A stretch of 63,273 nt of DNA, filler included, from Basidiobolus ranarum (lineage: Eukaryota): NCBI GenBank assembly GCA_040143965.1. It is 37 parts of 37 records of this genome, joined end to end, with 100 filler letters (N's around TTAATTAATTAA, not from the genome) between each part and the next. Parts side by side here need not be neighbours in the genome. Positions count along the whole stretch, not along the records: positions 61,669 to 63,273 come from JASJQH010011608.1; 36 more parts are not named here. The stretch is one strand, 5' to 3'. The notes beneath the pieces were generated by a model that saw only the letters and a program-made list of their open reading frames with translations, was not told where the DNA came from and searched no databases. Positions 61,669-63,273 of the stretch are shown piece after piece; position 1 is the first letter of the stretch; each line of letters begins with the position of its first letter. The position numbers and the translations under genes are program-made.

Positions 61669-63273
61669 TATGCAGCTACCTCTGCTACCGCACAAGAGGC
61701 TATGTGGTTAAGGAGGTTATTTACAGACTAAGGATACATGTAAAAGGTGCTATTACTGTATTTGAAGATAATCAAAGTTGTATTCCATTAGATAGAAACC
61801 CTACATTTCATGCTAGAACAAAAATACCAATATAAGGCATAATTTTGTTAGAGAAGCATTGGAGAATGATATAATTGAACTTGCCTATTGCCTACTGAAG
61901 AAATGATTGCTGCCATCTTAACCAAACCTCTAGATAAAGCACAATTTGATTTTTACAATACGAGTTAGGTACAAGAGAACTGCAACATAATTAGTAGGGT
62001 CACAATGCTGAAATTAGGTAAGTAGCCACTCATTATTTAGAAGTTAGTTTATGAATACTCTATTATTTAGCAATCAATTCTGCCATTAAAAAATGTGTGT
62101 AAATTGCTCTAATTGAGAGAAAAATCAATTAGATCACTTTTGGGAGCCTGTTGGGAGTCATTTCAAGAATTAGAGAAATTAGTGGTTATTACTTATTGAG
62201 TATTCAGCAGAAAGTTAACATGTATAGTTTTGCCAACATGTAAATGGATAATACTTTATCCCTCACAAAAAAAAGTCAATTTGATCCAGACCAGATCCAC
62301 CCTTTTGGATTGCAAAACTGTCAGAGAACCATCACAATATTGGTGGCTTGCATTCTGCCAGGGAATTTGATGGAGAGATGGCAGATTCTTCATGGTGATT
62401 TGATGGTATTTATACATGTTGAAATATTGATGCTCATATCTGGCATGTGTTATTTAATATCTGGCAATTTTTGGAAAAAATTAATTTTTGAATGGTAAAT
62501 AACTGGGATTACTGCTGTTTGAATTCCAAAAAATAGGCATGCCTTTATTGGATATTTGATGCATATGTATTCTAGCCATAATGAGAATCAAAAATTCAAG
62601 AATCTTACATGTTTATCTCTGCATATGCACATACTTGGTTGATCAGACATAGCTCAACAACATCTAAATGCTTTACCAGTAGAGTAACAGTGGAAAATTG
62701 CTAAACATCTTAAATTTTGAATAGCACTGCCACTTGGCAAATAGCTGACTCTTCTTACCATTCAAAATGAGAATAAGCTCTTGGATTTTGGCAAATTGCC
62801 ATAAAGAACTCAGCCAAAATATCTCCAAATTGCAGTCAACAAATGTCTAGTCACAAGTGGATGTGTCATTACATGAACAGATTATCCCATGGCTGAAAAA
62901 TAATACTTCATATCTCAACTTATCTAATCAAAAAGTCTGCCTTGCAGCTTTCTAGAAATACTATCAGATTATGACACAAACAAATTAGTCCAATTTATAG
63001 AGTTACTCACTCCATGTCTATGGAATGGGTTTTGTTGCTGTTATTGTGCTCAAACAATGTAAAAACCCATGGGCATACTGAAAAGAGCCCTTTGTTGGAA
63101 ACTTTATATAATCTAGAGTCTCCTTACCCATTGCATTACATCCATTGCAGCTTGTACTGATTCATGGTTAATTAGATTAGCTAAAGGTAATACAAACAAT
63201 TTCTTACCGAGCATCATTTCACCACAGGTGTGCTCCATTTGGAACTGCCAGAATGTATAGCAAAGGCCTATAA
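61669..63273. mobile_element. Copia B RNase H and partial 3' LTR (62006-62141), LTR-C fragment, and CMC right end with transposase tail (minus, 62260-63273)
   Basis: QEAMWLRR, EDNQSCI, ILTKPL; CCCTCACAAAAA at 62260. Confidence 0.85.

Noticed and set aside
1..63273. Prokaryotic defence system, operon, CRISPR array or viral insertion
   Set aside because: No cas, phage or operon-like genes; content is eukaryotic genes with introns plus eukaryotic transposons

Overview
This window is not one locus. It is 37 unrelated short contigs, sorted by length from 1620 down to 1605 bp and joined by identical 100-bp spacers (44 N + TTAATTAATTAA + 44 N), so nothing can be inferred across a spacer. The source is an AT-rich eukaryote with short GT-AG introns and TATA boxes. 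The gene content points to a fungus, probably early-diverging (inference only). About two thirds of the contigs are decayed, nested transposon debris: three Ty1/Copia LTR families (A, B, C), all with a GGTTATGAGCCC half-tRNA-iMet primer site; Ty3/Gypsy fragments; an abundant CMC/CACTA (Transposase_21) element with CCCTAACARAAAT termini and a divergent second ORF; a two-ORF PIF/Harbinger-type element; and a 180-bp MITE. These repeats are almost free of CpG, and copies show reciprocal CG>TG / CG>CA changes. Gene contigs keep CpG and carry an NCS2 purine permease, a PRP38 C-terminus, a DEDDy exonuclease, a methyltransferase, an SMC1 pseudogene, tandem UNC93-like transporters, a PRX5-type peroxiredoxin, a Pro/CxxC-repeat protein and two members of a small secreted Cys-rich family. 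I see no novel multi-gene system. The most interesting signals are the CpG decay with a roughly 0.5-kb halo into flanks, recursive same-site LTR insertion, the MITE with an ATT target duplication, and phased heat-shock-element arrays.
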